64,000 bases of DNA, from the NCBI RefSeq assembly GCF_033153115.1, contig NW_026889771.1, forward strand, positions 682,001 to 746,000, written 5' to 3'. Of this stretch, positions 62,155 to 64,000 are shown in pieces. The position numbers and the translations under genes are program-made. The first letter of the stretch is position 1; every line of letters starts with the position of its first letter. Source of the stretch: Saccostrea echinata (lineage: Eukaryota). The notes below the pieces were generated by a model that was not told where the DNA came from, searched no databases, and saw nothing but the letters and a program-made list of their open reading frames with translations.

Positions 62155-63689
62155 ATGGATAAATGTCCCAAGTGCGGAAAAACTGTCTATTTTGGTAGGT
62201 ACACTCGGCTGTACACTAGAAGTGATCTAAAACACCAATGTAATGAATTATGTTTCCTATAATCTTAATGTAAATTTGAAATACTGTATATGAAATTTAT
62301 TCGGAACTGAAAAAGTGTGTTTTCAATGATGTTTGTCAAATGTTTTGATATGACAGTGTATAAATAACGATTATTTCCCAACATATTATAGCTCGTGTCA
62401 GCTTGTATTATCTTTGAAATATTACCCAAATGAATTTTATGAAAAAGGAAGAAAATAGAACGAGGAAAACCTGCAACAGGTTTATAAAATATTTAAGGGG
62501 TTGTCATGAAGTCTTGATTGAAAATCAATAGAGTTCTGTTCTATAAATGTGGGGTCTATTTTTACTTTGTATTTGAACAAGAGCTGAACACGGAGTAATA
62601 AACTTGTAACAATATGTCCTTAAACAGTGGAGTCTTGGTACAGCCCCAACTGTGACAGAGAACATCAGTAAAACATTTGTTTTTAGGAGCGTGACAAATG
62701 AAAGCTAGACGTACAGAGAGGTCATTCATTAATCTCCGTGGCTAATGCCTTTTGTAGTGTAATAAAGTTAAGAAAGTCCTTGCTTCTTTCAGTTTTACCA
62801 TAAAAAGTACATATATTTTATTAGGACAAATGAGAATGAACTTTGGAACAAATTCATGGTCAATATAAAATAGGAACATCGTACACCTGCAATCTAATGT
62901 ACTGGTAATAAAATTCGCGACTTGACCTTATTTGAAGGTTTTCTTTAATCTCATTCAGGTAGACACTTGGCCCACTGTAGCATTTTACTCGAAAGGGCGT
63001 CGGCAAATTTAGCATATAATAGGTGACTTTTCTCATTTAAACACGTTTATCTAACAAAATCAACACAGTATATTTATAAAAGTTTATAATGTAAATACTT
63101 CCCTGGCTATAGTATCTTTATATTAGCCAGATTTTTCATTCATACGATGTTTTTGGTGAACAGCATTGTTTGTTTATGTTTTCATTTTAAGTTCCCTGCA
63201 TCATTTATCCAAGGGCATGTGAATATGTGGACGAGAAAGCTAGATTAGTTGACCAATTTCAAATTTTGACATATGAAGTAAACTTTAAAAAAAATATAAC
63301 AATCCTAAAAATTCATTGACAAGCCTTTCTTGTGGCAAACTTAGTGCATTCCGTGGCAGTCCACAAATGGGAAAGTCTCGACTTGTTCTTTTTTAATTAA
63401 ATACATATGTACTAGATGTATATTATTATGATACGCATATTTCTAAAAATTAATTCAAAAAATACCTAGTTTTTGCAAGTTCCAACAATCTTGAGGAGTC
63501 AAAAGATGAGCAGAGCCTCTGGTACAATTGACTTTAAAAAGTACATAATTATATTTATGTTGTAAACCACGTTTTGTTATTTTGTCTATTTTAGCCGAAA
63601 GAAAGACTTCGCTGGGAAAGAACTGGCATCCTAACTGTTTGAAATGTGAAGAGTGTGGAAAAATCCTATCTCCGGGCCAACATGCGGAG
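62155..63689 (+). CDS. CRIP1: Cysteine-rich intestinal protein-like LIM-domain protein, coding exons 1-2 (3' partial)
   Basis: Exons 62155-62194 and 63595-63689 give [13 protein letters not shown]|[32 protein letters not shown], closely matching the CRIP1 N-terminus ([38 protein letters not shown].HAE). Canonical GT-AG; gene continues beyond the window. Confidence 0.92.
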
Positions 63690-64000
63690 GTAAAAAAAAA
63701 GATACCCGATAAACTGGAAATCAAATAGACCAATAAATCTACTAATTAAAGAAAAAATACTTATTCATTCTTTAAAAACGGTCGAAAAGGTGTACTTCAC
63801 GAAATCGAGAAATAGGAAAAATCTACATTAATGCAAACCACATTTTTATTCTGGATCCGCTCCCCTATTGAAAACCATGTGAATTGCAGAATCATGATCA
63901 GGAATAATATAAGCACCCCTTCTTTATAAAGTTAAAACAAGTATTTGTTAAGAATAGTTGATACTTTCAGATAATTATCAGATCATATATAAATCTTATT

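Overview
AT-rich, intron-containing animal genomic DNA. The repeat content (Meta-domain tRNA-SINEs, Helentron-associated satellite elements, Penelope-like RT family) suggests a bivalve, probably an oyster; this is inference. Most ORFs in the track are noise or TE debris. The real genes are mostly spliced and were rebuilt by hand from GT-AG sites. (1) A 4-exon minus-strand gene (6939-2340) encodes signal peptide + 32-aa cationic amphipathic peptide + GKR amidation/cleavage site + a two-EF-hand pro-domain. (2) Four 3-exon paralogues encode secreted 10-cysteine prokineticin/astakine(colipase)-fold proteins (23041-22026 minus; 40781-43056, 44974-47992 and 50308-51489 plus). Their two enlarged loops each carry a conserved convertase site, and a possible fifth decayed copy lies at ~54.9 kb. 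(3) An inverted pair of intronless class-A GPCRs is interleaved with the peptide genes: one intact (14442-15368), one with a nonsense codon (36131-35205). (4) An intronless coiled-coil ORF (57928-57104). (5) The first two coding exons of a CRIP-type LIM gene that runs off the right edge. The rest is Penelope-like RT fragments, an LTR element with a tRNA-Pro PBS and a structured leader, a CR1/L2 fragment, SINEs, MITEs and two N gaps. The best candidate for an undescribed system is a TE-rich secreted-peptide island: an EF-hand-linked amidated peptide, multi-chain-processed prokineticin-fold peptides and linked orphan GPCRs.
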